Source of the DNA: Candidatus Aminicenantes bacterium
GTDB lineage: Bacteria > Acidobacteriota > Aminicenantia > Aminicenantales > JAFGBC01
Length of the DNA stretch: 64,000 bases
Reading direction: 5' to 3'
Assembly: GCA_963702005.1 (NCBI GenBank)
Contig: OY969696.1
Coordinates: 1,856,001-1,920,000 of the forward strand
Below, in pieces: positions 1 to 9,667 of this stretch (position 1 is its first letter; each line of letters starts with the position of its first letter). Below the pieces are notes generated by a model. It was not told the DNA's origin and did no database searches. It saw nothing but the letters and a program-made list of their open reading frames with translations. A program made the translations under genes and the position numbers.

Positions 1-241
1 AAACCGCAATGGTCGCATGGCCGCACAAATCCACCTCGGCGGCCGGAGTGAAAAATCTTATTTTGAAGTCCGCCGCAGCGGACTTTTGAACGAACGCCGT
101 TTCTGATAAGCCGACTCTCGCGGCGATCTTTTGCATGGAGGTTTCAGCTAGACGATCCGCATCAAGCACAACCCCCGCAGGATTGCCGCCCTTCGTTGTT
201 CTCGCAAAGGCGTTCAAGGTAGTGACGATGATTTTCTGCAT
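1..241 (-). CDS. PhzF-family isomerase/epimerase (runs off the left window edge)
   Basis: Not in the ORF track. Hand translation from the ATG at 241: MQKIIVTTLNAFARTTKGGNPAGVVLDADRLAETSMQKIAARVGLSETAFV...FKIRFFTPAAEVDLCGHATIAV. It carries the PhzF motifs GNPAGV, SETAF and EVDLCGHAT. Confidence 0.9.
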   Translation of the reverse strand, partial: MQKIIVTTLNAFARTTKGGNPAGVVLDADRLAETSMQKIAARVGLSETAFVQKSAAADFKIRFFTPAAEVDLCGHATIAV

Positions 242-386
242 CCTTACAATATTAATCCGTGTCGAATCAATTTGTAAATGAATACGATCGTGGGAGCCTT
301 TTTTGCGGCTTGACGGTTCCCGGCTGTTTATGTTAAATGTCGAATAATTAGTTGGCTTCTCACAGCTCGTTACGAGTGGAGGCAAT

Positions 387-1700
387 ATGATCAAGAAGGA
401 CGGAAACCTGACACGCGGACGTGATTACCGAAAGATCCCCATCTGGAAGAATGTCTCCGCGGCCGAATGGGACGATTGGAATTGGCAGCTTAAGAACAGG
501 ATCACCTCGGTTGACCAGTTGAAGCAAGTCGTGGAGATGACGGAAAAGGAACAACAGGAGGTGAACACGGCCCTGAAGTTCCTTCGTATGGCGATAACGC
601 CTTACTACGCCAGCCTCATGGATGCCTCCGACCGGAATTGTCCCATCCGCAGAAGGGCCATTCCTGCCGAGAAGGAAGTCAAACTCAGCCCGGAGGACAT
701 GGTCGACCCTCTCCATGAGGATGCGGAGTCGCCCGTTCACGGACTGACGCACAGGTATCCCGACCGCGTCCTCCTCCTGGTCACGGACCAGTGTTCCATG
801 TACTGCCGGCATTGCACGAGGCGGCGGAATGCCGGCGAGACCGACCGGGCCCTGCCTAAAAGCGATATCCTGGCGGCCATCGAGTACGTCCGGGAAACGC
901 CCCAGGTGAGGGACGTGTTGATCTCCGGCGGTGACCCCCTGACCCTGTCGGACGGGTTTCTTGAGGATATTCTGCGGAGGGTCCGTCAGATCCCCCACGT
1001 GGAGATCGTCCGCTTGGGGACAGCGGCCCCGGTGGTCATGCCGCAGAGGATCACTCCCGGGCTGGTCGCCATTCTCAGGAAATATCATCCCCTGTATATC
1101 AACGTCCATTTCAACCATCCCAAGGAGATCACGCCGGAATCCAAGAGGGCCTGCGAGATGCTGGCCGACGGCGGCTTCCCGCTGGGCAATCAATCGGTCC
1201 TCCTGAAGGGGACGAACGATTCTCCCATCGTCATGAAGAAACTCGTCCATGACCTGGTCCGGATCAGGGTCCGCCCTTACTACATCTATCAGTGCGACCT
1301 CTCCCAGGGCATCGGCCACTTCCGGACATCGGTGAGCAAGGGCATAGAGATCATCGAGAACCTGAGAGGCCACACCACCGGTTTCTGCGTCCCAACCTTC
1401 GTCGTGGACGCCCCGGGGGGAGGGGGCAAGATCCCTGTGATGCCCACCTATCTGATCTCCCGGAACGAGCGCCGGGTCGTCCTTCGTAATTATGAGGGGG
1501 TCATCTGCATCTATACAGAGCCCGAACCTTCCGAGGGGAGGTGTCCCGACGAAGACGATCTGCGGCGGGAGTTCCCCGGCCTGGAAAGCCGGGAAGGCGT
1601 AGCGGCCCTCCTGCGCGGCGGCCGGGTCAACATCGCCCCGGCCGGCCTGGAGAGACAGCGCCGGAGCAAGCTCTACAAGAAAGTCAAACGCACATCATGA
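387..1700 (+). CDS. kamA: Lysine 2,3-aminomutase (radical SAM/PLP)
   Basis: W-x-DW-x-WQLKNRI N-terminus, HRYPDRVL, CSMYCRHC radical SAM motif, SGGDPL, and PLP lysine in GGGKIP. GGAGG RBS upstream. Confidence 0.93.
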   Translation: MIKKDGNLTRGRDYRKIPIWKNVSAAEWDDWNWQLKNRITSVDQLKQVVEMTEKEQQEVNTALKFLRMAITPYYASLMDASDRNCPIRRRAIPAEKEVKLSPEDMVDPLHEDAESPVHGLTHRYPDRVLLLVTDQCSMYCRHCTRRRNAGETDRALPKSDILAAIEYVRETPQVRDVLISGGDPLTLSDGFLEDILRRVRQIPHVEIVRLGTAAPVVMPQRITPGLVAILRKYHPLYINVHFNHPKEITPESKRACEMLADGGFPLGNQSVLLKGTNDSPIVMKKLVHDLVRIRVRPYYIYQCDLSQGIGHFRTSVSKGIEIIENLRGHTTGFCVPTFVVDAPGGGGKIPVMPTYLISRNERRVVLRNYEGVICIYTEPEPSEGRCPDEDDLRREFPGLESREGVAALLRGGRVNIAPAGLERQRRSKLYKKVKRTS

Positions 1701-2905
1701 CCCAAGCCTTGAACACCCTCCATTCTCATTTTCCGCCCGACGGGGATATCCGGGACCTCCTCGTTCGGCTCATCCGGACGCCTTCCTATCCGGGAGTGCC
1801 GCGCCAGGAGGAGGCCGTCGCCCGGGAGATCGGCGGCTTTCTTCAAGCCCGCGGCATCGAGCCGCTCTATCAGGAAGTCCGCGAAGGGAGGCCGAACCTT
1901 CTGGCTTCGCTAGGGGGGAACCGGCCCGGTCCGCACCTTCTCTTCTGCGGCCACATGGACACGGTCCCCCCGAACACGGGAAACCCTGAAGATGCGCTTG
2001 CCGCCGTCGAAAAAGACGGCCGGCTCCACGGGAGGGGGACCGTGGACATGAAAGGCGCCTTGGCCGCCATGGCCGGGGCCTTGGTGGCCCTGAAGAACGC
2101 CGGGGAGCCCGCCTCGGGCCGGGTCAGCCTGGCCGCCGTGATCGATGAAGAAATGGAAAGCCTCGGCGCCGAAAAACTCATTCTTGAAGGGTTCACGGCC
2201 GACGGGGCCGTCATCGGCGAACCGACCGGCAACAGGATCGCCATCGGCCATCGGGGTTTGGAGTGGCTGCAGATCGACTTCCAAGGCCGGGCCGCCCACG
2301 GCGGAACGCCGGAGGCGGGTCTCAATGCCATCTCGGCGGCGGCCCATTTCGTCCATCTCGTGGAAAACGAGCTTGTTCCGGCCTTAGCCCGGAGACGTGA
2401 CCCCGTGCTCGGCCCTCCAGCCATCAACCTTGGGACCATCGCCGGCGGAGATCAGCCGAGCACGGTCGCCGCCCATTGCCGGATCAGGCTCGATCGGCGT
2501 TGGGTGACGACGGAGACGATCGAGATGGTCTTTGAAGATTTAGAGGGCCTCTTGCGCCGGGTCCGCGAATCTCGCCCCGGTCTCAAGACCGAAATATCCC
2601 GGATGCCCGGCGGGATGGCCACGATGGTCCACGGCCCGGTGACCATTCCCCCGGAGCACTCCCTTGTCCGGGCCGCGGAAACGGGCCTCGCCGAGCTCGG
2701 CCATTCCTCCCGGCCCCTGACCGTTTTTCCCGCTTGGACGGACGCCTCGCTCATCTCCCGGGAAGGGCACATCCCGTCCATCGTCTGGGGCCCGGGGGGG
2801 CTTGAATACGCTCATTCTCCCGAAGAAAGCATCCTTCTGGCGGAGGTCTATCAGGCCGTCAGGCTCTACGCTCTGGCGGCTTGGCATTTCACCAGGCCCG
2901 AATGA
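1697..2905 (+). CDS. M20 metallo-deacylase (ArgE/DapE/YodQ-like)
   Basis: Motifs CGHMDTV, GRGTVDMKG, DEE, GEPT and AHSPEE. Start placed at ATG 1697, which overlaps the kamA stop (ATGA), not at 1541. Confidence 0.88.
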   Translation: MTQALNTLHSHFPPDGDIRDLLVRLIRTPSYPGVPRQEEAVAREIGGFLQARGIEPLYQEVREGRPNLLASLGGNRPGPHLLFCGHMDTVPPNTGNPEDALAAVEKDGRLHGRGTVDMKGALAAMAGALVALKNAGEPASGRVSLAAVIDEEMESLGAEKLILEGFTADGAVIGEPTGNRIAIGHRGLEWLQIDFQGRAAHGGTPEAGLNAISAAAHFVHLVENELVPALARRRDPVLGPPAINLGTIAGGDQPSTVAAHCRIRLDRRWVTTETIEMVFEDLEGLLRRVRESRPGLKTEISRMPGGMATMVHGPVTIPPEHSLVRAAETGLAELGHSSRPLTVFPAWTDASLISREGHIPSIVWGPGGLEYAHSPEESILLAEVYQAVRLYALAAWHFTRPE

Positions 2906-4281
2906 AGATCAAGATCCCCCACACCTACGTCCTTCTTATCTCCCTGACCGTGTTCGCGGCCATCCTGACATGGGTTGTCCCGGCCGGGCGGTATGAGCGG
3001 GCCGTCGACCGGGACCGGACCCTTATCGACCCCGCGTCCTTTCATGCCGTCCAAGCCCAACCGGCGGGAATTTTCGAGATCCTCCTGGCGTTTCCCAAGG
3101 CCCTGGTTGAAGTCGCCAACATCATCTTCTATATCTTCATCATAGGCGGCACATTCGGTGTTCTCAACAGGACGGGTCTCATCCAAGGCGGCATCCAGGC
3201 TTTAGTCAAACGGATCGGCGGCCGGCAGGCCTTGATCGTCCCCGTCCTGACGCTCGTTTTCGCGGTCGGCGGGGGGACCATCGGCATCGCCGAAGAGACC
3301 CTTGTCTTTCTGCCCGCCCTCCTTCTCCTGGCCCGCTCCTTGGGTTATGACTCGCTCACCGCCGGCGGGATCGCGCTTGTGGGCGCCAACGCGGGATTCG
3401 CCGCGGCCTTCATGAACCCCTTCACGGTCGGAGTGGCCCAGGGAATCGTCGGACTTCCGCTGTTTTCGGGAATCGGTTTCAGGGTCATCCTATGGGTGGT
3501 CATGACCACGGTGACCATCCTCTTCCTCTCCCGCTACGCGGCCAGAGTCAAGGCCAACCCCGGGATCAGCCTGATGCGCGAATACGACCTGAAGAGGGAG
3601 GCTGGGGCTCCACGGGACGAGGATGTTTTATTTACCCGGAGGCACGTCGCCGTGCTTGTCGTGACGGTGGCCGCCCTCATCGTCCTGATCCTCGGCGCGA
3701 TCCGCTGGCATTGGGGCCTTCTCCAACTCTCGGGCCTATTCTTCGGCCTGGCCATTGCGGCCGGCCCGATCGGCGGGCTATCCCTCGATGACACGGCCCG
3801 GAGTTTCATTCAGGGCGCCCAGGACATGACTTATGCCGGACTTGTCGTCGGATTAGCCCGGGGTGCCCTCGTCATCCTTCGGGACGCCAACGTCATCGAT
3901 ACCTTGACCCACGCCATGGCGGGCCTCGTCGGACGTTGGCCGTCCTCCATCAGCGTCATCGGCATCTACCTCATGCAGAACTTGCTCCACTTCATCGTCC
4001 CTTCGGGGAGCGGCCAGGCCGCGGTATCCATGCCCATCCTGGCGCCCCTCGGGGACCTGGTCGGCATCACCCGTCAGACAAATGTCCTGGCTTACCAGCT
4101 GGGGAACGGGCTGACCAACGTCTTCATCCCCACCCAAGGCTATTTCATGGCCGCCCTGGGCATTCTCAAGATCCCTTGGGAGAAATGGATCCGCTGGCTC
4201 CTGCCGCTTCTTCTCATCTGGCTGGGCCTGGGCATGGCGGCGGTAATCATCGCCCAAGCCATTCATCTGGGGCCGTTCTGA
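2902..4281 (+). CDS. YfcC/DcuC-like (basic amino acid antiporter-type) membrane transporter
   Basis: PHTYVLL...LTWVVPAG N-terminus, NPFTVGVAQ, PSGSGQA and multiple TM helices. ATGA overlap with the upstream stop. Confidence 0.85.
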   Translation: MKIKIPHTYVLLISLTVFAAILTWVVPAGRYERAVDRDRTLIDPASFHAVQAQPAGIFEILLAFPKALVEVANIIFYIFIIGGTFGVLNRTGLIQGGIQALVKRIGGRQALIVPVLTLVFAVGGGTIGIAEETLVFLPALLLLARSLGYDSLTAGGIALVGANAGFAAAFMNPFTVGVAQGIVGLPLFSGIGFRVILWVVMTTVTILFLSRYAARVKANPGISLMREYDLKREAGAPRDEDVLFTRRHVAVLVVTVAALIVLILGAIRWHWGLLQLSGLFFGLAIAAGPIGGLSLDDTARSFIQGAQDMTYAGLVVGLARGALVILRDANVIDTLTHAMAGLVGRWPSSISVIGIYLMQNLLHFIVPSGSGQAAVSMPILAPLGDLVGITRQTNVLAYQLGNGLTNVFIPTQGYFMAALGILKIPWEKWIRWLLPLLLIWLGLGMAAVIIAQAIHLGPF

Positions 4282-4332
4282 AAAAGGGGGGGAACGGGTC
4301 AACGGTCATCCCGGGAGTCGAAGGAGGCTGTC

Positions 4333-5502
4333 ATGAACCGCCGTGATTTTCTCAGGGCCACCTTGGCAGGGGCGGCCATCCTCCCCTCGGCCCCTCCTCT
4401 CTTATCCGTTCCCGTGCTTGCGGACGACGGCCGGCGAAAAAGGCTCCGGGAGCTCGGCATTATCATCGGCGACCTGGCCCCGGGACCCTTCAACGCCATC
4501 ACGGATGTCCGGGGAGTCAGGGTCGGCCATACGACGATCATCGAGGGCCAAGGCAAGGGAGCCGCCCGGACCGGGATCACCGTCCTCCTGCCCCACGAAG
4601 GCAATATCTATGAGGAGCGTCTCTTCGCTTCTTCGTTCGGGCTTAACGGCTGGGGAGAAATGACCGGGCTGGCCGCGATCGAAGAGACAGGGCTGCTCGC
4701 GACTCCGATCTTCCTGACCGGAACCTACAATGTCGGCATTGTCCAGAGCGCCGCCTCGGCCTATCTCCGGAAGACGAACCCCAGGCTGGGGCTTTCAGGA
4801 GGAACCGTCCATCCGGTCGTGGCCGAGTGCTTTGATGATTTTCTGAGCGATACGCCGAGCCGCCCCGTCTCCGCGAAGGACGTTTTTGCCGCCATCGAGA
4901 GCGCCGCGGGAGGACCCGTGGCCGAGGGAGCGGTCGGAGGCGGGACCGGGATGACATCCTTCGGCTTCAAGGGCGGCATCGGCACGTCCTCCCGGAAGAT
5001 CAAAAGCGGCGCCACGGTCGGCGTTCTGGTCATGGCCAACACCGGCGGCCGAGGTCAGTTGCGCATCGACGGCGCGCCCGTCGGCCGGGAAATTCGAGGA
5101 TTCGAAAAAGCGGAAAAACGGACGAAGTCCATCATCCTCATCGCCGCTACGGACGCTCCTCTCCTTTCCTATCAGCTCAGGAAAATCGCCAAGAGGGTCG
5201 CCCTGGGACTGGCCCGGGTAGGGGCCATTTCCGAGACAGGAAGCGGCGACATCATCTTGGCCTTCTCCACGGCCAATCGGGTTCCGCGGGTCTCGGCCGG
5301 GGCGGTCCAAAATATCCGGGCCGTCAACGATTTCCTGATCACGCCCCTTTATCAGGCGACCGTCGAGGCCACCCAGGAAGCGATTCTCAACGCCTTGACC
5401 TCCGCCGCGACCATCATTGGCAAGGACGGCAACACGAGCTATGGGATCCCTCTTGACCAGGTCGAAAGGATCATGAAAAAATTCCGGAGGCTGGGGGAGT
5501 AG
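4333..5502 (+). CDS. DmpA/BapA (P1/S58) aminopeptidase with Tat signal peptide
   Basis: Twin-arginine signal MNRRDFLR. NAITDVxGVxVGH, PVVAEC, GAVGGGTGM, KGGIGTSSR, nucleophile Ser in K-SIILIAATDAPL, and SGD. Confidence 0.9.
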   Translation: MNRRDFLRATLAGAAILPSAPPLLSVPVLADDGRRKRLRELGIIIGDLAPGPFNAITDVRGVRVGHTTIIEGQGKGAARTGITVLLPHEGNIYEERLFASSFGLNGWGEMTGLAAIEETGLLATPIFLTGTYNVGIVQSAASAYLRKTNPRLGLSGGTVHPVVAECFDDFLSDTPSRPVSAKDVFAAIESAAGGPVAEGAVGGGTGMTSFGFKGGIGTSSRKIKSGATVGVLVMANTGGRGQLRIDGAPVGREIRGFEKAEKRTKSIILIAATDAPLLSYQLRKIAKRVALGLARVGAISETGSGDIILAFSTANRVPRVSAGAVQNIRAVNDFLITPLYQATVEATQEAILNALTSAATIIGKDGNTSYGIPLDQVERIMKKFRRLGE

Positions 5503-5505
5503 ACC

Positions 5506-6507
5506 ATGCGAGGCGAGAAGAATTCCATCACCGACGTCGGCGGGGTCAGGGTCGGGAATCTCACGTTCCAACGAGACATCCAGGGTCCGTCGGGAGGTCT
5601 GATTGCGGCGCGGACCGGTCTGACCGCCGTCCTACCCTCGCTCATGGAAAAGGAGCTGAGGTTCTTTTTCTCCACCGATGCCCTTGGGGCGGGGCTGGAG
5701 ATCACGGGCTACGAGGTCACGGAGGATTTTGGCTACCTGAATTCGCCCCTGGTCATCACCAATGCCTGCAACTTGGGCAAGGCTTACAATGCCGCCCTCT
5801 CTTACGGCTTCACCTTGAAGCGGGGCGAAATCTGGCCCCCGGTGGTCATCGGGCTCAACGATTCCTTCTTGAACGGGATGGACCGGGAATGCCTTGAGGA
5901 AGGGGACATTCTGGATACCTTCCGCCGGGCCACGGACGGGAAGGTCGAAGAAGGCTCGGTCGGGGCCGGGACTGGGCTGCGGGCCTTGGGCGCCAAAGGA
6001 GGCATCGGCACGTCTTCCCGCCGTGTTTTCATCGGGGAAGAGGCATACACCTGCGGCGTCTTGGCCGCCTCTCATTTCGGCAACACGGGCGCGGCGAACG
6101 GGAAGCCCCCGGCCGAACGAGCGGGTGAGGATGAGGGCGCCCTCATCCTAATCACCGCCATGGATATTCCTCTCCTCCCTCATCAGCTCCGGAGAATCAC
6201 CAGGAGCCTGGTCGCCCGGATGGACGCCTCCATCCCATCGGGAAGCTTCTCGGATGCCGTCCTCGGGGCGACCTTCACAACGGCCAATGCCATGAACCTT
6301 TCGGAGGAGGGGCCCGTGGAATTCGAGTTCCGATCCGTCGCCGACATCCATCTCGAGGGCATCGCCGAAGCCGCCTGCTGGGCGGCGGAGGAAGCCGTCG
6401 TCCATTCTCTTCTTCAAGCCCGGCCGGTTCGAGGAAAATCCGGCCGCACTCTGGAGACCATCTCTCCGGAGCGCCTGGCCGGGATCTTCAAGAATAAGGA
6501 AGCTTGA
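5506..6507 (+). CDS. DmpA/P1-family paralog, predicted catalytically inactive
   Basis: Keeps NSITDVGGVRVG, EGSVGAGTG and KGGIGTSSR. The nucleophile site reads G-ALIL, PVVAE reads PVVIG and SGD reads FSD. No signal peptide. Confidence 0.8.
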   Translation: MRGEKNSITDVGGVRVGNLTFQRDIQGPSGGLIAARTGLTAVLPSLMEKELRFFFSTDALGAGLEITGYEVTEDFGYLNSPLVITNACNLGKAYNAALSYGFTLKRGEIWPPVVIGLNDSFLNGMDRECLEEGDILDTFRRATDGKVEEGSVGAGTGLRALGAKGGIGTSSRRVFIGEEAYTCGVLAASHFGNTGAANGKPPAERAGEDEGALILITAMDIPLLPHQLRRITRSLVARMDASIPSGSFSDAVLGATFTTANAMNLSEEGPVEFEFRSVADIHLEGIAEAACWAAEEAVVHSLLQARPVRGKSGRTLETISPERLAGIFKNKEA

Positions 6508-6515
6508 TTCGTGCC

Positions 6516-7937
6516 ATGAATAACTCTGAACAACAACCCCGCCTGCTCCGAAAAATGAACCTCCTGGACGCCACCTTCCTGGTCATCGGCTCCGTCGTCG
6601 GCTCCGGGATCTTCATGACCTCGGGCATCATCGCCGGATATCTGCCGTCGCCCGGCCTGCTCCTCGTCGTCTGGGCCGTGGGCGGCCTGTTCACGCTCTG
6701 TGGGGCCCTGTCCTTCGCTGAGCTGGGGGCCATGTTCCCCAGGGCCGGAGGACAATACGTCTATATCCGCGAAGCCTACGGTCCCTGGGCTGGGTTCCTC
6801 TTCGGCTGGGGCTTCTTCTGGTTCATTATGTGCGGCGGGATTGCCACTCTGGCCGTGGGCTTCGCCGAATTCGCGGGGTATTTCCTCCCTTCATTGTCCA
6901 CCCAGGCCGTCATCCTAAAGTTGACCCTTTTCGGCCTGCCCTATACCCTTTCCGCCGGGCAGCTCCTGGCCGCCGGAGCGATCATCTTCCTGACCGCCGT
7001 CAACTACCTCGGTGTCAAGACGGGGGTCGTCGTCCAGAACATCTTCACCTTTCTCCGGCTGGGATCGGTGGCGGCCATCGCGGTCTTCGGGCTGACCCTG
7101 GGAAAACGGGCGGGCATTACAAACTTCGGACAGCTCTTTTCAGGCGGAGAAGCCCTGGGGCCTCACGTCTTCTCGGCCTTCGGGTTGGCCCTTATCGCCG
7201 TCCTCTGGACCTATGACGGCTGGTATTCGGTTAACTGTACGGGAGAGGAAATCAAGAGGCCGGAAAGAAACATCCCCCTTAGCCTTCTGCTCGGAACGTT
7301 AAGCGTCACTGTGATCTATCTCGTGGTCAATGTCGTCTATGTCCTGGCCCTGCCGGTGGAGAAGATGAAGGGAGTGGTCCGTATCGGCGAACTCGCCTCC
7401 ACCCAACTCTTCGGGCCGATGGCTACGTCGGCCATCGCGGCGGCCATCATGATCTCCGTCTTCGGCTGCTTAAGCGCGACCATCCTCTACGGTCCCAGGG
7501 TCTATATGGCCATGGCCGAAGACCGGGCATTCTTCCGGAGCATGACCTATATCCATCCCCGTTACCGGGTTCCCAGCAAGGCCTTGATCGGCCAGGCCGT
7601 GTGGTCCTGCCTTCTCTGTCTTTCCGGGAAATACCAGGCCCTCTACGAGTACGTCGTCTTCGCCCTCGTCATCTTTTTTGCCGCCACGGGGTTCGCGGTC
7701 ATCGTCCTCCGCCGCAGCAAGCCGGACCTTGTCCGGCCTTACAGGGTCTGGGGCTATCCTTTCATCCCGGTCCTCTTCGTCCTGATCAATCTGGCCATTT
7801 TCGGCAACACCATCGCCGCCCAGCCGCTTAAGTCTCTCATCGGGATGGCCATCCTCCTCATTGGGATCCCGGCCTACCTCCACTGGCAAAAAAAGGGCGC
7901 GGCCGCCCGGAAGGAGTCAACGTGTCCGCGAAAATAA
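6516..7937 (+). CDS. APC-family amino acid permease
   Basis: IGSVVGSGIF, AELGAMFPRAGGQYVY, YDGW, EEIKRPERNIP and RPYRVWGYP. About 12 TM helices. ATG 6516 preferred as start. Confidence 0.92.
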   Translation: MNNSEQQPRLLRKMNLLDATFLVIGSVVGSGIFMTSGIIAGYLPSPGLLLVVWAVGGLFTLCGALSFAELGAMFPRAGGQYVYIREAYGPWAGFLFGWGFFWFIMCGGIATLAVGFAEFAGYFLPSLSTQAVILKLTLFGLPYTLSAGQLLAAGAIIFLTAVNYLGVKTGVVVQNIFTFLRLGSVAAIAVFGLTLGKRAGITNFGQLFSGGEALGPHVFSAFGLALIAVLWTYDGWYSVNCTGEEIKRPERNIPLSLLLGTLSVTVIYLVVNVVYVLALPVEKMKGVVRIGELASTQLFGPMATSAIAAAIMISVFGCLSATILYGPRVYMAMAEDRAFFRSMTYIHPRYRVPSKALIGQAVWSCLLCLSGKYQALYEYVVFALVIFFAATGFAVIVLRRSKPDLVRPYRVWGYPFIPVLFVLINLAIFGNTIAAQPLKSLIGMAILLIGIPAYLHWQKKGAAARKESTCPRK

Positions 7938-9370
7938 AATCCATCAGCAACCCCCGATTGAACCTCAGGGTCCTACGTGTCGAGGACATCCGCAGGATCC
8001 ATGAGACCACCCTGGAGATCGTCGAAACCATCGGCGTGAAATTCCCGTCCCCAAGGGCCCTGGACATCTGGGAGGCTCATGGCGCCCGGGTGGACTGCGG
8101 AACGCAGGTCGTCAAAATTCCCGCGGCCCTCCTCGAATCCGCCCTGCGCAGCGCGCCGCCCGCCTTCACTCTTGCCGCCCGGGAGCCCTCCCAGGACCTT
8201 CCCCTGGACGGAAACCACGTCTATGTCGGCACGGACGGCTGCGGCTTCGAGGTGATCGACATCGCAACGGGCCTGAAGCGGCGGTCAACGGTCCGGGACG
8301 TGGCGGACATCGCGCGCGTCGCCGATGACCTGGAGGAAGTGGCCTTCCATTGGGTCCCCGTTTCCGCCCAGGACTGCCCGCCCGAAACCCGGGGACTTCA
8401 CGAGATCCTCGCAATCTGGAGCAATTCCACCAAGCATGTCCAGACGGAAAGCATTTATTCCGGAAGGGAAGCCCGGGCGGCCGTGGAAATGGCCTCGGTC
8501 CTGGCCGGCAACCGGGATGCCCTCCGCAAGCGGCCTCTCCTATCCATCATGGAATGCACCATCTCCCCCTTGGCCCAGGACAGCGGGAGTCTCGAAGCGG
8601 CCCTTGTCGGCGCCGAGGCCGGGTGCCCCGTTGGGTTCATGACCATGGCCTCCTGCTGCTCCACGGGACCGGCCACCATGGCCGGGAACCTCGCCTTAGG
8701 CAACGCCAAGGTCCTCAGTGCCCTGGCCCTCATCCAGCTCGCGTTCCCCGGTGCCCCGGTGTATTACGCCTCCGCGCCGACGGTCATAGACCTCCGTTCA
8801 GGCGCCTATACGGGAGGCGGTCCGGAGGACTTCCTGTTTGGCGCCGCTTCCAACGAGCTGGCCGATTTTTACAATCTTCCGCTTTCCATGGGCTCCTTCG
8901 CTACGGGCGCCAAGGAACCCGGCTGGCAGGCCGGCCTGGAAAACAGCCTCTCGACCTTCATGGCCTCGGCGGTCATGTCCGATATGCTTCTCGGCGTAGG
9001 CCTTCTCAATGGGAGCACCATCTGGTCCTTTGAGCAGATGATCATGGATTGCGAGATCTTCAGCATCGTTCGCAAGATGATGGAGGGCATTCCCGTGGAC
9101 GCCGAGACGCTGGCTCTGGAGGCCATCCGGGAGGCCGGCCCCAGGGGAGATTTTCTGACCCATGACCATACCCTCCGGCACATGCGAGGGCTTTGGATCA
9201 ACACTCTCCTTGACCGCCGTCCTTATACGGTCTGGGAGAGCAAAAGGGACGGCGCCCGGGACTGGGCACGCGACAAGGCCAAGGCCATCCTCGCCGCCCA
9301 CCATCCGGCCGCCTTGGAGCCCAAGCTGGAAGCGGAATTGAGGAAAATCATTCTGTCCGCGGGAGTCTGA
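7922..9370 (+). CDS. MttB-superfamily (trimethylamine methyltransferase-like) corrinoid methyltransferase, non-pyrrolysine
   Basis: IHETTLEIVETIGV, TISPL, TGPATMAG, G(A)PVYY, FYNLP, AKEPGWQAG, SFEQMIMDCEI and GDFLTHDHT. No in-frame TAG. GTG start after AAGGAG. Confidence 0.88.
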   Translation: MSAKIKSISNPRLNLRVLRVEDIRRIHETTLEIVETIGVKFPSPRALDIWEAHGARVDCGTQVVKIPAALLESALRSAPPAFTLAAREPSQDLPLDGNHVYVGTDGCGFEVIDIATGLKRRSTVRDVADIARVADDLEEVAFHWVPVSAQDCPPETRGLHEILAIWSNSTKHVQTESIYSGREARAAVEMASVLAGNRDALRKRPLLSIMECTISPLAQDSGSLEAALVGAEAGCPVGFMTMASCCSTGPATMAGNLALGNAKVLSALALIQLAFPGAPVYYASAPTVIDLRSGAYTGGGPEDFLFGAASNELADFYNLPLSMGSFATGAKEPGWQAGLENSLSTFMASAVMSDMLLGVGLLNGSTIWSFEQMIMDCEIFSIVRKMMEGIPVDAETLALEAIREAGPRGDFLTHDHTLRHMRGLWINTLLDRRPYTVWESKRDGARDWARDKAKAILAAHHPAALEPKLEAELRKIILSAGV

Positions 9371-9595
9371 AGATCTGAAACCGCCGGACACCGCGGATCG
9401 CATCGTAAAATCTTTCCCGGCCGCTGTCCTGGGCGCCCTTGTCCTCTTCGCGGCCCGCGGCCGGGACAGAGGTCCTCGTCCCCAGGAAAAGGCAGAGTGC
9501 GAACCGCTCCCATCCCCTGTCCATCCAGGGTAAGTTTCTTAAATGGCAAGATATAGGCCCCTTCGGTAACATTTTAGACGGCGCGATTCGCGAAA

Positions 9596-9624
9596 TTGAC
9601 ACCCCCCGGGCCGTGTGCCATAAT
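9596..9624 (+). promoter_or_regulatory. Sigma70-type promoter for the LKR-SDH pair
   Basis: TTGACA (9596-9601), 17-nt spacer, then CATAAT (9619-9624) preceded by TG (extended -10). Confidence 0.7.
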
Positions 9625-9667
9625 ATCTCTTTAATTTTCGCGACTCTAAGAAGAAGGCCTTATCATC

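Noticed and set aside
1541-1696. Upstream-extended starts in the ORF track (1541, 25621, 27308, 29847, 32795, 44065, 44330, 23613)
   Set aside because: Most extensions overlap neighbouring genes and all lack family motifs. Downstream starts with an RBS or stop/start coupling fit better.
7922-9370. Pyrrolysine or selenocysteine recoding
   Set aside because: MttB has no in-frame TAG and there are no pyl genes. I noticed no gene split by a TGA at a Cys-equivalent position.
9371-9667. Possible lysine riboswitch upstream of LKR
   Set aside because: I could not fit the L-box core. Most of the region lies upstream of the predicted promoter, leaving only about 40 nt of leader. An Rfam scan would settle it.
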